From NCBI GenBank assembly GCA_963775825.1, contig CAVZKY010000035.1, forward strand, positions 2,542 to 66,541: 64,000 nt of DNA, read 5' to 3'. Positions 8,560 to 19,228 of the stretch are shown here, one piece after another. A program made the translations under genes and the position numbers. This DNA is from an uncultured Actinomycetes bacterium (GTDB lineage Bacteria > Actinomycetota > Actinomycetes > Streptosporangiales > Streptosporangiaceae). Below the pieces are notes generated by a model. That model saw only the letters and a program-made list of their open reading frames with translations. It was not told the DNA's origin and did no database searches. The stretch's first letter is position 1, and each line of letters starts with the position of its first letter.

Positions 8560-9360
8560 ATGGTGCGTATTGGTGTGCACATCGACGGACCGGACCCGCT
8601 GGCCGCAGCCCGAGCTCGCGATGCAGACGCGGTTCAGTTCTTCCTCGGTGACCCGCAGGGATGGAAGGGCCCGGTCCTGCCGGGTGAGGCGGCCGAGATA
8701 CGCGCGGCCTTCACCAAGGCCGGCGTCGAGGCCTACATTCACGCGCCGTACGTCATCAACGTCGCGACCACCAACAACCGGATCCGGATTCCCAGCCGCA
8801 AGCTGCTGACCCAGCAGCTTGCGGCGGCGGCGTCCATTGGCGCCAAGGCGCTGATCGTGCACGGTGGTCACGTGACCAGCGGGGTGGATCCCGCGGAGGG
8901 CTACGCGAACTGGCGCAAGGTCATGGAACGCGTCGAGCGCCCGATACCGCTGCTGATCGAGAACACCGCGGGCGGGACGAACGCGATGGCGCGCACCCTC
9001 GACGGCATCGGCCTGCTGTGGGACGCCGTGATGGCCGGGGCCGAGGACGGCGACGGCGAGGTGGGCTTCTGCCTCGACACCTGCCATGCCTACTCGGCCG
9101 GCCTGGACCTCAATGAGGTGACCGACAAGGTGAAGGCCATCACCGGCCGGGTCGATCTGGTGCACTGCAACAACTCACGGGACGAGTTCGCCTCGGGCCG
9201 GGACCGGCACGCCAACCTGACCGCCGGGACGATCGACCCGGACCTGATCCTCGGCGTGGTGCGGGCCGCGGGGGCACCCGCCATATGTGAAACGCCGGAC
9301 GAGAACGGCAGCCTGGCCGCGGACGTGCACTGGCTCAGGGAGCATCTGGCTGCGGGCTGA
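8560..9360 (+). CDS. nfo: Deoxyribonuclease IV (endonuclease IV, AP endonuclease family 2)
   Basis: IGVHI...AVQFFLGDPQGW, YIHAPYVINVA, ALIVHGGH, LLIENTAGG, FCLDTCHAY and VHCNNSRDEF match the metal-ligand blocks of endonuclease IV. Confidence 0.85.
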   Translation: MVRIGVHIDGPDPLAAARARDADAVQFFLGDPQGWKGPVLPGEAAEIRAAFTKAGVEAYIHAPYVINVATTNNRIRIPSRKLLTQQLAAAASIGAKALIVHGGHVTSGVDPAEGYANWRKVMERVERPIPLLIENTAGGTNAMARTLDGIGLLWDAVMAGAEDGDGEVGFCLDTCHAYSAGLDLNEVTDKVKAITGRVDLVHCNNSRDEFASGRDRHANLTAGTIDPDLILGVVRAAGAPAICETPDENGSLAADVHWLREHLAAG

Positions 9361-10779
9361 CCACCGCCGTTCCGGCCGGGGCAGTCCGGCGCAGATGCAG
9401 TACGAACCGGTCGGGCGCTCCCGCCAGCACGCCGCCCGCCGGATCGTCCGCACCGTCGGCCCGGACCACGTCCTGCCCCGGACGCAGCACGTCGCGGACG
9501 ACATAGCCGCACAGCAGCGCGACGGTCAGGAAGCGGGCGAGCAACGCCGCGAAGTACCAGCCGGAGCTGATGCCGTTGTAGCCGGTGATCACCGTACCGT
9601 TGCGGTAGATGAAGATCAGGTAGCCCCAGATGGCGAAGAAGTACCAGACCTCGGCCGCCTGCCACAGCACGTACGGCCAGAACCGAGGCCTGGCCAGGAC
9701 AGCCAGCGGGACGAGCCATATCACGTACTGCGGTGACCACACCTTGTTCGTCATCAGGAACGCCGCGAGGACCAGAAAGCAGAGCTGTGGCAGCCGAGGG
9801 CGGCGCGGCGCGGCGAACGCCAGGACCGTGATCGCCACACACGCAGCGCCGAACAACGCGGCCGACAGCAGGTTCAGGCCGGACACGCCGGTCCCGCCGA
9901 GGACCGGGACGCCGAGATGCTCGAAGAAGTACCAGATCGAGCCCCAGTCAGCCGGACGGGTCTTGCTGAACTCATAGAACGTGACCCAGCCGGCCGGCGC
10001 GATGATCATGACCGGGACATTGACCGCCAGCCACACCACGGCGGCCGAACTGAAGCTCACCCAGAACGCACGCATCCGGCCCGCCCGCAGGCAGAGCAGG
10101 AGCAGCGGGCCGAACAGCACCAGCGGGTAGAACTTCGTCGCCACCGCGAGGCCGAACAGGACACCGGCCACCACTGTCCGCTTCGCGGCCCACGCCGCGA
10201 GGCCGAGCGCTGCGAACGCCACGGCGATCAGGTCCCAGTTGACGAAGGCCGACAGCACCAGGGCCGGGGCCAGCGCGACCAGGAGCGCCTGCCAGCGCCG
10301 CCCGGGCCGGCCGCCCGCGCGGTAGCGACCACTCCGGCCACCGCGCAGATGACCAGCAAGATCACCGTGACGTCGAAGAACTCGCGCCCCCGGGTGTAGG
10401 GGTCGGTGATCGGCCGCACCAGCCACGCGACGGCCTGCATCGCCGCGCCGATCAGGACGGGATATTCGACGTGGTGGCCGATGTAGGGCACCTTGCCCGC
10501 GGCCAGGCCCTCGTTGTAGTAGAGCGGGTAGATGTCGGTGTAGCAGGCATCCTGGAACTGCTTCACGTAGCTGTTCCAGGCCCCGGATCGGCAGGGCACC
10601 TTTTCCAGGAAGGCGAGCAGCGCGCCGAACAGGGCCGCGATCACCAGCACGCTGGTGGTCCCCGCGAGCAGGGCCACCGGCCTGCCGGACGACACAGACG
10701 TCGTGCCGGCCGGCTCTCCGCCCGGTTCAGGGTCCGCTGGCGCCGGCCCGCGACGTCCGCCGTCCCCCGAGCGCGGCAC
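9335..10779 (-). CDS. Polytopic membrane glycosyltransferase, GT87/DUF2029-like (Rv0051-type); one apparent frameshift
   Basis: About 10 TM helices, with ATKFYPLVLFGPLLL and WSPQYVIWLVPLAVL blocks. The N-terminal 160 aa sit in the frame of the PBP ORF, and a frame change at about 10300 (a G-run in ggcccgggcggcg) joins ...VVATARAAGP to GRRWQALLVALAP. GTG 10779 lies 2 nt after the PBP stop. Confidence 0.7.
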
Positions 10780-10781
10780 GT

Positions 10782-13600
10782 TCAGCGACGCTTCCGTTTC
10801 CGCCGTCGCCGGAGGGCTCTCAGCGGGATCAGGGTCACGAAGCCCGCCGCGCCCGCGCCCGTCAGGTTGCCGTTCGCCCCTGGTTGCGGCCCGCCGTTCC
10901 CGCCGTTGCCGTGGCAGGGTTTCCCGGTCAGCGGTCCGCAGGTGGGCAGAGCCGTCGGGGTGGGCGCCGGGAACGGGTTCGCCGGCTGCGTCGGATGGGT
11001 CACCGGAGCCGTTCGGCTGGGTCTTCGGCTGGGCGGCCTGGGTGGGGCTGGGCGACGCCGGCGGAAGCATGCCCGAGCCGAACATGTTCCATGTCGACCC
11101 GCTGAACTGCGGCGTCGGGAAATCCTGGATGGGCAGCGAGGCGAACTCACTCTCGGCGAACGTATTCCAGATGCGGGCCGGCCAGTAGCCGCCGAAGCCG
11201 CCGCCCACGTTCCCGCCCAGGTTGTTCAGGGTCTCGGTCGACTTATTGCTCTGGCTGTCGGTGAAGATGCCCACGGTCAGGGCGTACTGCGGGATGGCGC
11301 CGATGAAGAAGGCCGACTGCGCGTCGTCCGTCGTGCCGGTCTTCGCGATGATCGGGCGTCCGTCGCTCATCGCCGCGGCGGTACCGGTGCCGTTGATCGT
11401 GTCGAACGACATCGCGTACTGGACCTGCGAGTCCTGCGCCGGGGTGAGCACCTGGGCGGAGCTGACCTTGGCGGGGTAGCTGACCGAGCCCTGGCCGATC
11501 TGCGCGATGATGTGCGCCGGGTGGTAGGTGCCGTTGTCATCCAGCGTGGCCAGCATGGTGTCCTGCTCGTTGACCGACAGCGAGTCCTGGCCCAGCGCCA
11601 TACCGACGCCGTAGTCGCCGTGCAGACCGGAGGCCTCGACGTCAACGCCAAACTGCTTGGCCATGTTGACGACGTTCTGGTTGCCGACCCGGTGGATCAG
11701 GTCGGTGAACGCCGTGTTGGAGGACTGCGCCTCCGCCTGCGCGACACTCATCGGGCCGTAGGACTCGTCCCCGTCGTTGGTCACCTGGTAATAGCCGAGG
11801 CCCGCGTCCGCCTGAGAACTGGCCGCAGGCGTCATGCCCTGGCTGTCCGGCGGGATCCACAGCGGGCTGTACCCGTCGAGCTTGGTGGTCTGGACGTTCA
11901 TGCCCTGCGCTACCGCGGTAGCCAGTACGTACGGCTTGAACGACGACCCCACCTGCTCCCGGGTCAGCACGGTGTTGTCGGAGCAGGTGTTGTGGCAGTA
12001 CTTGGCCGGGATGTTCTCGCCGGGGCCGCCGTAGAAGGCCATAATGGCCCCGGTCTGCGGGTCCTGCAGCTCCGCGCCCACCAGCCCGTACGAGGGCAGC
12101 GCCCCGCCGTCTGCCGCCATCAGCTTCTCGTTCTGGTTCACCGCACTGTAGAGCTGGTCCATCATCGACTTGCTGATCGTGGTCGTGATGTGCAGCCCGC
12201 CGTTGTCGATCTGGGCCTGCGAGAACTTGTACCTGCTGATGCAGTTCGTTGTCGACCAGGCCCAGGATGTAAGAGTCGTAAGGATCGGAGCCGACGTGCT
12301 GGTCATGCGCGCTGAGCACCTTCGGGAAATGCTCGGCGGCGGCCTGCTGCGCGCTCAGGTCGCCCAGGGCGACCATGCCGTTGAGAACGTAGTGCCAGCG
12401 GGTCATGAGAGCCGCTGGCTGGCCGGGGTGGGGTAATAACTCGGGCTCTGGATGATCGCGGCGATGTACGCGGCCTGCGCGGCGTCGAGCTGCGAGGCCG
12501 GGATGCCGAAGTAGGTCTCGGCGGCCGCGCCAACCCCATAGGCACCCTGGCCGAGATAGATGGTGTTCAGGTAGTTGGTCAGGATCCACGCCTTCGACTT
12601 TTCCTTGGCTACCTTCAGCGCGACGAAGATCTCCTTGATCTTCCGGCTGGCGGTCTGCTGCGTGCCGATGTTGGCGTAGTAGTTCCGGACGAACTGCTGA
12701 GTGATGGTCGAGCCGCCCTGGAGTGAGCGCCGCGCTGCCGCCGCTGTTGAACGCGTCCTCGTAGGCGGCCCGCACGATGCCTTTGGGCGAGACACCGCCC
12801 TCGGTGTAGAAGCTGCGGTCCTCGGCCGCCACCACGGCATCACGCATGAGGGGTGAGATCTGGTTGTACTGCAGCAACTGCCGGTCGGTGTTCCCGAACG
12901 TCCCGACCACGCTATTGCCGTCACTGAAGTAGATGGTGGACTGCTGCTGCATGGCCGCCTGGGAGACGTCGGTGGGGACGGCCGTCTTGGCGTAGGCGTA
13001 ACTGACCCCCGCGACGCACAGCAGAACCAGGCCGCCGAACCCGGCGGCGGCCAGGCCGAGCAGCTTCCGCCACGTCCAGTGGCGCCACCAGCTGCCCTTG
13101 ACCTTTCCGCGCCCGGCGTACCCCGGCCGCCACCTCGGCCGTTCCCGGCCCCCCCGTGGCTCGCGGCGGGGCGGCCGGCGCTGGGACGACCGTTTTCATA
13201 GCGGTCGCGACGGTAAGCGGCCCCGGTCCTTGTCCCGGTGGCAGTGGCGGCGTAGCCGCCCGTGCCGTTCGCGGCACTGCGTCCCGCATGCGGCACTGCG
13301 CCCCGCACTGCCCTGGCCAGCCCGGGCCGGCGTCCAGTAACCGGCTCCCGCCGGGGCGGGGGCGTTCGCGGCCGGGTAAACCCCCCAGCCATCGCCGGGA
13401 CGGCCCCGGCGGCCGCGCGGCGCGGACTGGTCGCCGTCGCGCCCGGAAGAGTCGTCACGACGACGGCGCCCGCCCGGGTGGCCGGCGCTGTCATACCCGC
13501 CGCGCGGCTCCTGGCTGGCCCGGTGCTCAGGCCAGGAACGGCCGTAATCACCGGTTTCCGGCGCGGGGCGATAAGGCCCGCTGACGTCTCTGCTGCTCAC
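10782..13600 (-). pseudogene. ponA: Class A penicillin-binding protein (GT51 transglycosylase + transpeptidase), reading frame broken about 6 times
   Basis: Recognised parts: a Gly/Arg/Tyr-rich cytoplasmic tail from GTG 13600; TM segment WRKLLGLAAAGFGGLVLLCVAGV; GT51 blocks AEDRSFYTEGGVSPKGI and GGSTITQQFVRNYY; transpeptidase blocks SSFKPYVLATA, SSNTAF and KTGTT. Frame switches lie near 13270, 13115, 12730, 12420, 12241 and 10960. The last frame ends at TGA 10784-10782. Confidence 0.8.
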
Positions 13601-13734
13601 GCATCCTCGCTGTTGGCTGAGCGGATGGCGGCTGCCGGGTACCGCCGAGCTGCACGGTACCCAGGGAGATCAGCCGCCGCTGGCACGTCCGCTCGATCGC
13701 ACCGTCACGACGCAACGTGCCTTCCGGTGCATTC

Positions 13735-14139
13735 CTACTGGCTTGTCCTAGCTCGGCGGCCGCGTCGCGCACGCGGCTCGCCAGTGCCAAGAACGTAAGA
13801 CGATGCAAGGTGGTTCCAGCCACAACTCTGGCAGACTTCGACCACATAGACCCGGAATTCGCCGTATTCGGCGGCCATCTCGTCCAGCTCCGGCCCGCGC
13901 TTCACGCGTCCCTCGTACTGCCCAAGCTCATCGCCATACACATAGGTAACGTGCGTAAGCTTGGCTTTCCGGCAGATCGGGCACCGGATTTCGGTCGGCT
14001 CGCCGTGAAACTTGGCGGCTCGCAGCAGGTAGGGATGAGCGTCGCATACATCGGCGACCGTAGTGCGCCCGGCCTGGACCGATGCGAGCGTAGCCCGGCG
14101 GGCCAGCCCGTAGTCGACAACGGAACGCCTTGTCCCCAT
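13735..14139 (-). CDS. DUF5318-type conserved actinobacterial protein (Rv0049-like), 4-Cys zinc-ribbon-like
   Basis: DVCDAHPYLLRAAKFHGEPTEIRCPICRK...VVEVCQSCGWNHL. Its position between the PBP gene and padR matches mycobacterial synteny. Confidence 0.7.
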   Translation of the reverse strand: MGTRRSVVDYGLARRATLASVQAGRTTVADVCDAHPYLLRAAKFHGEPTEIRCPICRKAKLTHVTYVYGDELGQYEGRVKRGPELDEMAAEYGEFRVYVVEVCQSCGWNHLASSYVLGTGEPRARRGRRARTSQ

Positions 14140-14286
14140 GACGGACAGGGTACGTCGGAACTCGCATCAGGCCGAGGGCGGAGGCAAGCCGGATTGGCCA
14201 GACGCGCAAAATGTCCTGTCCGGGCATCGTCCACTGTCTCGCCTGCGGTGTCCCTTGCCTAACCAGCCGCCGCTCTATATCCTTCT

Positions 14287-14340
14287 GATGTATCGACTCG
14301 ATACATCGCACCGAGGCATCGGGCAGATACATCGTATCTG
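14287..14340. promoter_or_regulatory. Two palindromes sharing GATACATCG (candidate PadR operator) in the DUF5318 / padR divergent promoter region
   Basis: GATGTATCGA-c-TCGATACATC at 14287-14307 is a perfect 10-1-10 palindrome. CAGATAC-atc-GTATCTG lies at 14324-14340. Both contain ATGT/ACAT half-sites. Confidence 0.45.
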
Positions 14341-14388
14341 GTTGGGCACCGGCAGCCGCGGGGCTCGCCGGCAGACGGGGGTGGGAAG

Positions 14389-15009
14389 GTGACGGGTAAG
14401 CGGTCTGGCGTGCTGGAGCTCGCCGTGCTCGGGCTGCTGCACGAATCACCGATGCACGGCTATGAGCTGCGCAAGCGGCTGAGCTCGGTGCTCGGCGCGT
14501 TTCACGCCTTCTCCTACGGGTCGCTGTACCCCTGCCTGAAAGAACTGCTGGTCCGAGGGCTGATCGCGGAGGAGGACGCGGATCCTTCCCCTCGCGCCCG
14601 GGCGGGACGCCGGTCCAGGATCGTCTACCGGCTGACCGCGGAGGGCAAGGACCGGCTGCACGAACTGCTCGGTGAGGCAGGCCCAAACTCGTGGGACGAC
14701 GACGGTTTCGGCGTGCACTTCGCCTTCTTCGGGCAGACCCGCGCCGACGTCCGGCTGCGCATTCTCGAAGGGCGCCGCAGCCGACTCGAAGAGCGGATGG
14801 ACACCGTGCGAGCGGCGTTCGCCCGCACCCGGGAGCGGGTCGACAGTTACACCCTCGAGCTCCAGCGGCACGGTCTCGAGTCAGTCGAGCGGGAGGTCCG
14901 CTGGCTGAACGAGCTGATCGCCACTGAACGGGAGCGGGACGCCGACGCCGTCGGCCAGCCCCGCCCGGATGAGGCGGATCCAGGCCACCGGGGCACCTAC
15001 AACGCATGA
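14389..15009 (+). CDS. PadR-family transcriptional regulator
   Basis: [23 protein letters not shown]...[19 protein letters not shown] is the PadR winged-helix signature, followed by a C-terminal coiled region. GTG start. Confidence 0.9.
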   Translation: MTGKRSGVLELAVLGLLHESPMHGYELRKRLSSVLGAFHAFSYGSLYPCLKELLVRGLIAEEDADPSPRARAGRRSRIVYRLTAEGKDRLHELLGEAGPNSWDDDGFGVHFAFFGQTRADVRLRILEGRRSRLEERMDTVRAAFARTRERVDSYTLELQRHGLESVEREVRWLNELIATERERDADAVGQPRPDEADPGHRGTYNA

Positions 15010-15034
15010 GCAAGGACAAGAAGGAGTCATCCTG

Positions 15035-16115
15035 ATGAGTTCGGTACGTGTGGCCATCGTGGGCGTGGGCAACTGCGCGAGTTCCCTCGTCCAGGGCCTG
15101 GAGTACTACAAGGACGCCGACGACAGCGGCCGGGTGCCTGGGCTCATGCACGTACGGTTCGGTCCGTACCACGTGAGCGACCTGGAGGTGGTCGCGGCCT
15201 TCGACGTGGACGCCAAGAAGGTCGGCTGTGATGTGGCCGACGCAATCAGCGCGAGCGAAAACAACACCATCAAGATCGCGGACGTCCCGCCGACCGGGGT
15301 GATTGTCCAGCGCGGCCCGACGTTCGACGGGCTGGGCGAGTACTACCGGGACATCATCACCGAATCGGACGAGCCGGCCGTGAACGTGGTGGCCGCGCTC
15401 CGGGAGGCCCGGGCTGACGTCCTGGTCAGCTACCTCCCGGTCGGTTCGGAGGAAGCCGACCGTTACTACGCGCAGTGCGCGATCGATGCGGGCGTCGCCT
15501 TCGTCAACGCGCTGCCGGTCTTCATCGCCTCCAACCCGGAGTGGGCCGCGAAGTTCACCGCGGCGGGCGTGCCGATCGTGGGTGACGACATCAAGATCGC
15601 AGGTGGGCGCGACGATTACGCACCGGGTGCTGGCCAAGCTGTTCGAGGATCGCGGTGTTGAGCTGCTCCGCACCTACCAGCTCAACGTCGGCGGCAACAT
15701 GGACTTCAAGAACATGCTGGAGCGCAGCAGGCTCCAGTCGAAGAAGATCTCCAAGACCCAGTCGGTCACCTCTCAGATCCCGCACGAGATGGAAGGCGCC
15801 GCCGTCCATATCGGCCCGTCTGACCACGTGCCCTGGCTGGATGACAGGAAGCTGGCGTTTGTCCGGCTCGAGGGACGGGCCTTCGGCGACGTGCCGCTCA
15901 GCCTGGAGTACAAGCTGGAGGTCTGGGACTCGCCCAACTCGGCCGGCGTGATCATCGATGCCATCCGGGCCGCGAAGATCGCCAAGGACCGCGGCATCGG
16001 CGGCCCGGTCACCTCGGCGTCCTCCTACTTCATGAAGTCTCCCCCCGAGCAGTTCGGCGACGACGTCTGCCGTGACCTGGTGGAGAAGTTCATCCGGGGC
16101 GAAGTCGAGCGCTAG
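15035..16115 (+). CDS. ino1: Inositol-3-phosphate synthase (myo-inositol-1-phosphate synthase); one apparent frameshift at 15596
   Basis: [22 protein letters not shown], then ...[11 protein letters not shown], which continues as [21 protein letters not shown]...NVGGNMDF only if the single A at 15596 is removed (aag-a-tcg). RBS AAGGAG at 15021. Confidence 0.9.
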
Positions 16116-16161
16116 CGGTACCGGCCACGTTCCTGACGAAACGAGAGCCAGCGGATGCGGC

Positions 16162-16198
16162 GGTCACCCGGGTCCCAGCCTGCGGGCTCCGGGTGACC
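16162..16198. terminator. 10-bp GC stem hairpin downstream of ino1
   Basis: GGTCACCCGG-(17 nt)-CCGGGTGACC. No U-tract follows, so its function is uncertain. Confidence 0.35.
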
Positions 16199-16232
16199 GT
16201 GTCCCGGCCGCACGGCGCCTTAGGCTGAGCCT

Positions 16233-17606
16233 GTGGCCCCGCACGTGGTCGCGCGCCTGTCGCGATCCCCATTCGCCGCCGATCTGAGGTCGGTGCTCAG
16301 CGAACGTAACTTCCGGCGGCTGTTCGCCACCCGGCTGATCTCTCAGGCCGGCGACGGTATCTACACGGCCGGGTTCGGCGCCTACGTCTTCTTCTCCGCG
16401 ACGACCTACCCGGATCCCGCGGCTGCGGCGGAAGCCTTCGCCGTGCTCTACCTGCCCTACTCGTTCATCGGGCCCTTCGCCGGAGTCTTCATCGACCGCT
16501 GGTCCCGGCGGCAGATCCTGCTCGTCTCGGCCTTCGTCCGCGCGGTGCTCGTCGCGATCACCGCGCTGCTGATCGGCGCCGGCGAACTGGGGGTTCCGCT
16601 GTACATCAGCGCGCTGGCCGCGCTGGGCGTGAACCGTTTCTTCCTGGCGTCGCTGTCGGCGGCCCTGCCGCACGTCGTACCCGGCGACAAGCTGGTCATG
16701 GCCAATTCGGTCGCGCCGACCGTCGGCGGGATCGTGACCACTGTGGCCGGCGTCATCGCGGTCGGCCTCCGGCTGCTGCTGGGCGGCGGGCACCGCGGCG
16801 CGGCCGTAATCGTGCTGGTCGCGGCCGGGTGTTACTTCCTGGCCGGGCTGGCCGCGGCCACGATGCGGCGTGACCTGCTCGGCCCGGCGCACGAACCGGG
16901 CCGACCGCCGGAAGCGCTGTCACAGGCGCTGCGGGACGTTCTCAGCGGGCTGGCCGACGGGGTGCGTTATCTGTCACGGCGCCGGGGCCCGGCGGGCGCC
17001 CTGGCCGCCATCGGCGGCTACCGCGTACTGTTCGGGATCGTTTTCCTGATGTCGATCCTGCTGTACCGGAACTACTTCTACCCCGGCGGCAACGGGAACG
17101 CCGCCCTCAGCCATTTCACGCTGGTAATCATCGTCACCGCGCTGGGCTACGGGCTGGCGGCCGTTGTCTCCCCGGCGGTCACCCGGCGGTTCGCCAAGCA
17201 CACGTGGATTACGTTCCTGCTCGCCTGTTCCGGTCTGGTCATGGGACTGGGCCTGACCTTCAGCCAGGTACCTTTCCTGGTCATCGGCTTCGTGCTCGGG
17301 CTCACCGGGCAGGGCATCGCGATCTCAGCCACAACGATCATCCAGGAGCAGACCAGCGACGCCTACCGCGGCCGGGCGTTCGCCCTGTACGACATGATGT
17401 TCAACGGCATCTTCGTCGTCGGGGCCGTCTTCGGGGCCCTGATCATCCCGGTCGACGGCAAGTCATACCCGCTGATCGTGGTGACCGCCGCCGGGTACGT
17501 GCTTGCCGCGGTGCTCTACGCCCGGTACGGCCGGGCCAACACAGGTAACGAGCCCGCCTCCGGCCCTGGCAATCCTTCCCCTTCGGCCCAGCGGAGCAGC
17601 TCCTGA
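16233..17606 (+). CDS. MFS transporter
   Basis: 12-TM pattern. RNFRRLFATRLISQAGDG and GPFAGVFIDRWSRRQILL are MFS motif-A-like loops. The exact start is uncertain. Confidence 0.8.
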   Translation: MAPHVVARLSRSPFAADLRSVLSERNFRRLFATRLISQAGDGIYTAGFGAYVFFSATTYPDPAAAAEAFAVLYLPYSFIGPFAGVFIDRWSRRQILLVSAFVRAVLVAITALLIGAGELGVPLYISALAALGVNRFFLASLSAALPHVVPGDKLVMANSVAPTVGGIVTTVAGVIAVGLRLLLGGGHRGAAVIVLVAAGCYFLAGLAAATMRRDLLGPAHEPGRPPEALSQALRDVLSGLADGVRYLSRRRGPAGALAAIGGYRVLFGIVFLMSILLYRNYFYPGGNGNAALSHFTLVIIVTALGYGLAAVVSPAVTRRFAKHTWITFLLACSGLVMGLGLTFSQVPFLVIGFVLGLTGQGIAISATTIIQEQTSDAYRGRAFALYDMMFNGIFVVGAVFGALIIPVDGKSYPLIVVTAAGYVLAAVLYARYGRANTGNEPASGPGNPSPSAQRSSS

Positions 17607-19012
17607 GTCGCCCGCTCCTTGCCGATCAGGCCCCGCTCGATGCGGAGCTCCAGCAGGAACGCGTACGCCTCGCCGACCAGGGGACCGCGTGGTATGCCCA
17701 GGATCTGCATTATTTCGTTGCCATCGAGCTCGGGACGGAGCTTGGCCAGCTCCTCTTCTTCCGACAGGCGCTCGATCCGCTGTTCCAGGTCGTCATAGGC
17801 GCGGGCGAGCCGGTTCGCCTTCTCTTTGTTTCTCGTCGTGCAATCGGCTCTGGTCAGCGCGTTCAGCCGGGTCAGCAGCGGACCCGCGTCCCGGACGTAC
17901 CGCCGTACCGCTGAATCGGTCCATCCGGCCTCGCCGTAGCCGTGGAAGCGCAGGTGCAGCTCAACCAGCCGGGAGACATCGGTCACCACATCTTTGGGGA
18001 ACCGCAGCGCGGTGAGCCGCTTTCTGGCCAGCTTGGCCCCGACCACCTCGTGGTGATGGAAGGCCACCCGGCCGTCCGGCAGCCGGGAACGTGTCCCGGG
18101 CTTGCCGATGTCGTGCAGCAGCGCGGCCAGCCGCAGCACCAGGTCACCGGTGAGCCCGTACCGTCCCTCCAGCCCGATGGCCTGGCGCAGGACGGTCAGG
18201 CTGTGCTGGTAGACGTCTTTGTGACGGAAATGCTCGTCTGCTTCGAGCCGCAGCCGGGGCACCTCCGGCAGCACGTGCTCGGCCACGCCCGTTTTGACGA
18301 GCAGGTCCACGCCCCGCGCCGGGTCGGGCGTCAGCATCAGCTTGGTCAGCTCATCGGTGATCCGTTCGGTCGAAACGGACTCGAGCAGCCGGGGAGCCTG
18401 GCGCCCCATGGCTTCACGCACGTCAGCGGCGACCGTGAAGCCCAGCTGGGCGGAAAACCGGGCGGCCCGCAGGATGCGCAGCGCGTCGTCGGAAAACGAC
18501 TCGTCCGCCGTCCCGGGGGTGCGCAGGACCTTTTCCCTCAGCGCGGCCAGGCCGCCGAACGGATCGACCAGCTCATGGTCGGGCAGCCGCGCGGCCATCG
18601 CGTTGACGGTGAAGTCCCGGCGGCGCAGGTCCGCTTCGAGGGATGTGCCGTAACGCACTTCCGGCTTGCGCGACCGCGGTGCGTATTCCTCGCTGCGGTA
18701 GGTGGTGACCTCGAGGATCGTGCTGTCTTTGCGCAGCCCGACCGTGCCGAAATCGATCCCTACGGTCCACACCGCGTCGGCCCAGCCGTCGACGATCCGG
18801 AGGACTGCCACGGGCGGCGCGTCGGTGGTCAGGTCCAGGTCTCCGGGCTCACGGCCGAGAAAGACATCGCGGACCGGGCCACCGACCAGGGCGAGTTCGT
18901 AACCATGGCGGGCGAACAGCTGGCCGAGCTCGTCGGCGGCGGCCGACACCCGCCGCAGCAGGGCCGCAGCGGCCTTTCGCTGCTCATCGTTCAGCGGGTT
19001 CACGGGGCTCAC
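17516..19012 (-). CDS. cca: CCA tRNA nucleotidyltransferase / poly(A) polymerase family with HD domain
   Basis: LVGGPVRDVFLGREPGDLDLTT is the GG...DxD nucleotidyltransferase motif. RRDFTVNAM is also present, as is the HD block LLHDIGKP. GTG 19012 is the preferred start, and the ORF is open to 19192. Confidence 0.85.
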   Translation of the reverse strand: MSPVNPLNDEQRKAAAALLRRVSAAADELGQLFARHGYELALVGGPVRDVFLGREPGDLDLTTDAPPVAVLRIVDGWADAVWTVGIDFGTVGLRKDSTILEVTTYRSEEYAPRSRKPEVRYGTSLEADLRRRDFTVNAMAARLPDHELVDPFGGLAALREKVLRTPGTADESFSDDALRILRAARFSAQLGFTVAADVREAMGRQAPRLLESVSTERITDELTKLMLTPDPARGVDLLVKTGVAEHVLPEVPRLRLEADEHFRHKDVYQHSLTVLRQAIGLEGRYGLTGDLVLRLAALLHDIGKPGTRSRLPDGRVAFHHHEVVGAKLARKRLTALRFPKDVVTDVSRLVELHLRFHGYGEAGWTDSAVRRYVRDAGPLLTRLNALTRADCTTRNKEKANRLARAYDDLEQRIERLSEEEELAKLRPELDGNEIMQILGIPRGPLVGEAYAFLLELRIERGLIGKERATQELLRWAEGEGLPGPEAGSLPVLARPYRA

Positions 19013-19228
19013 CGGACGCAGGGAAGTGGAATTTGGCACGGCTATCGAGGGTAAGGGGTGGAGGAAGTGAGGATACCCCGGCGCGAACAGAATGCCGCTT
19101 CGGGACTTTGCGGGAAAACGAAACGCTCGGCCTCGAGTCCAACGCCCAGCCTGGGAGTCCGCTGCATGACTCCGCCCGATCGGCTGCGACACGGGCCGTA
19201 TTCAGGAAACCGCAATAACATTTCATGC

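Noticed and set aside
10782-10900. C-terminal ...ANGNLTGAGAAGFVTLIPLRALRRRRKRKRR of the PBP as a sortase (LPXTG/LAXTG) sorting signal
   Set aside because: The motif is NLTG, not LPXTG or LAXTG. The hydrophobic stretch is only about 13 residues and contains Pro and Arg. The frame assignment itself depends on an inferred frameshift.
10471-12315. 614-aa plus-strand ORF
   Set aside because: Antisense to the PBP gene and without motifs. The same reasoning applies to five others: 8227-9165(-) opposite nfo, 17942-19054(+) opposite cca, 48769-50562(-) opposite gyrA, 58794-60167(-) opposite the antiporter, and 61782-63251(+) opposite DUF2252.
13928-15673. 581-aa minus-strand ORF, the longest unexplained ORF in this part of the track
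   Set aside because: It is antisense to padR and ino1 and its product is Arg/Pro/Ala-rich junk with no motifs. Long open antisense frames are expected at about 70% GC, and the sense-strand genes have unmistakable family signatures.
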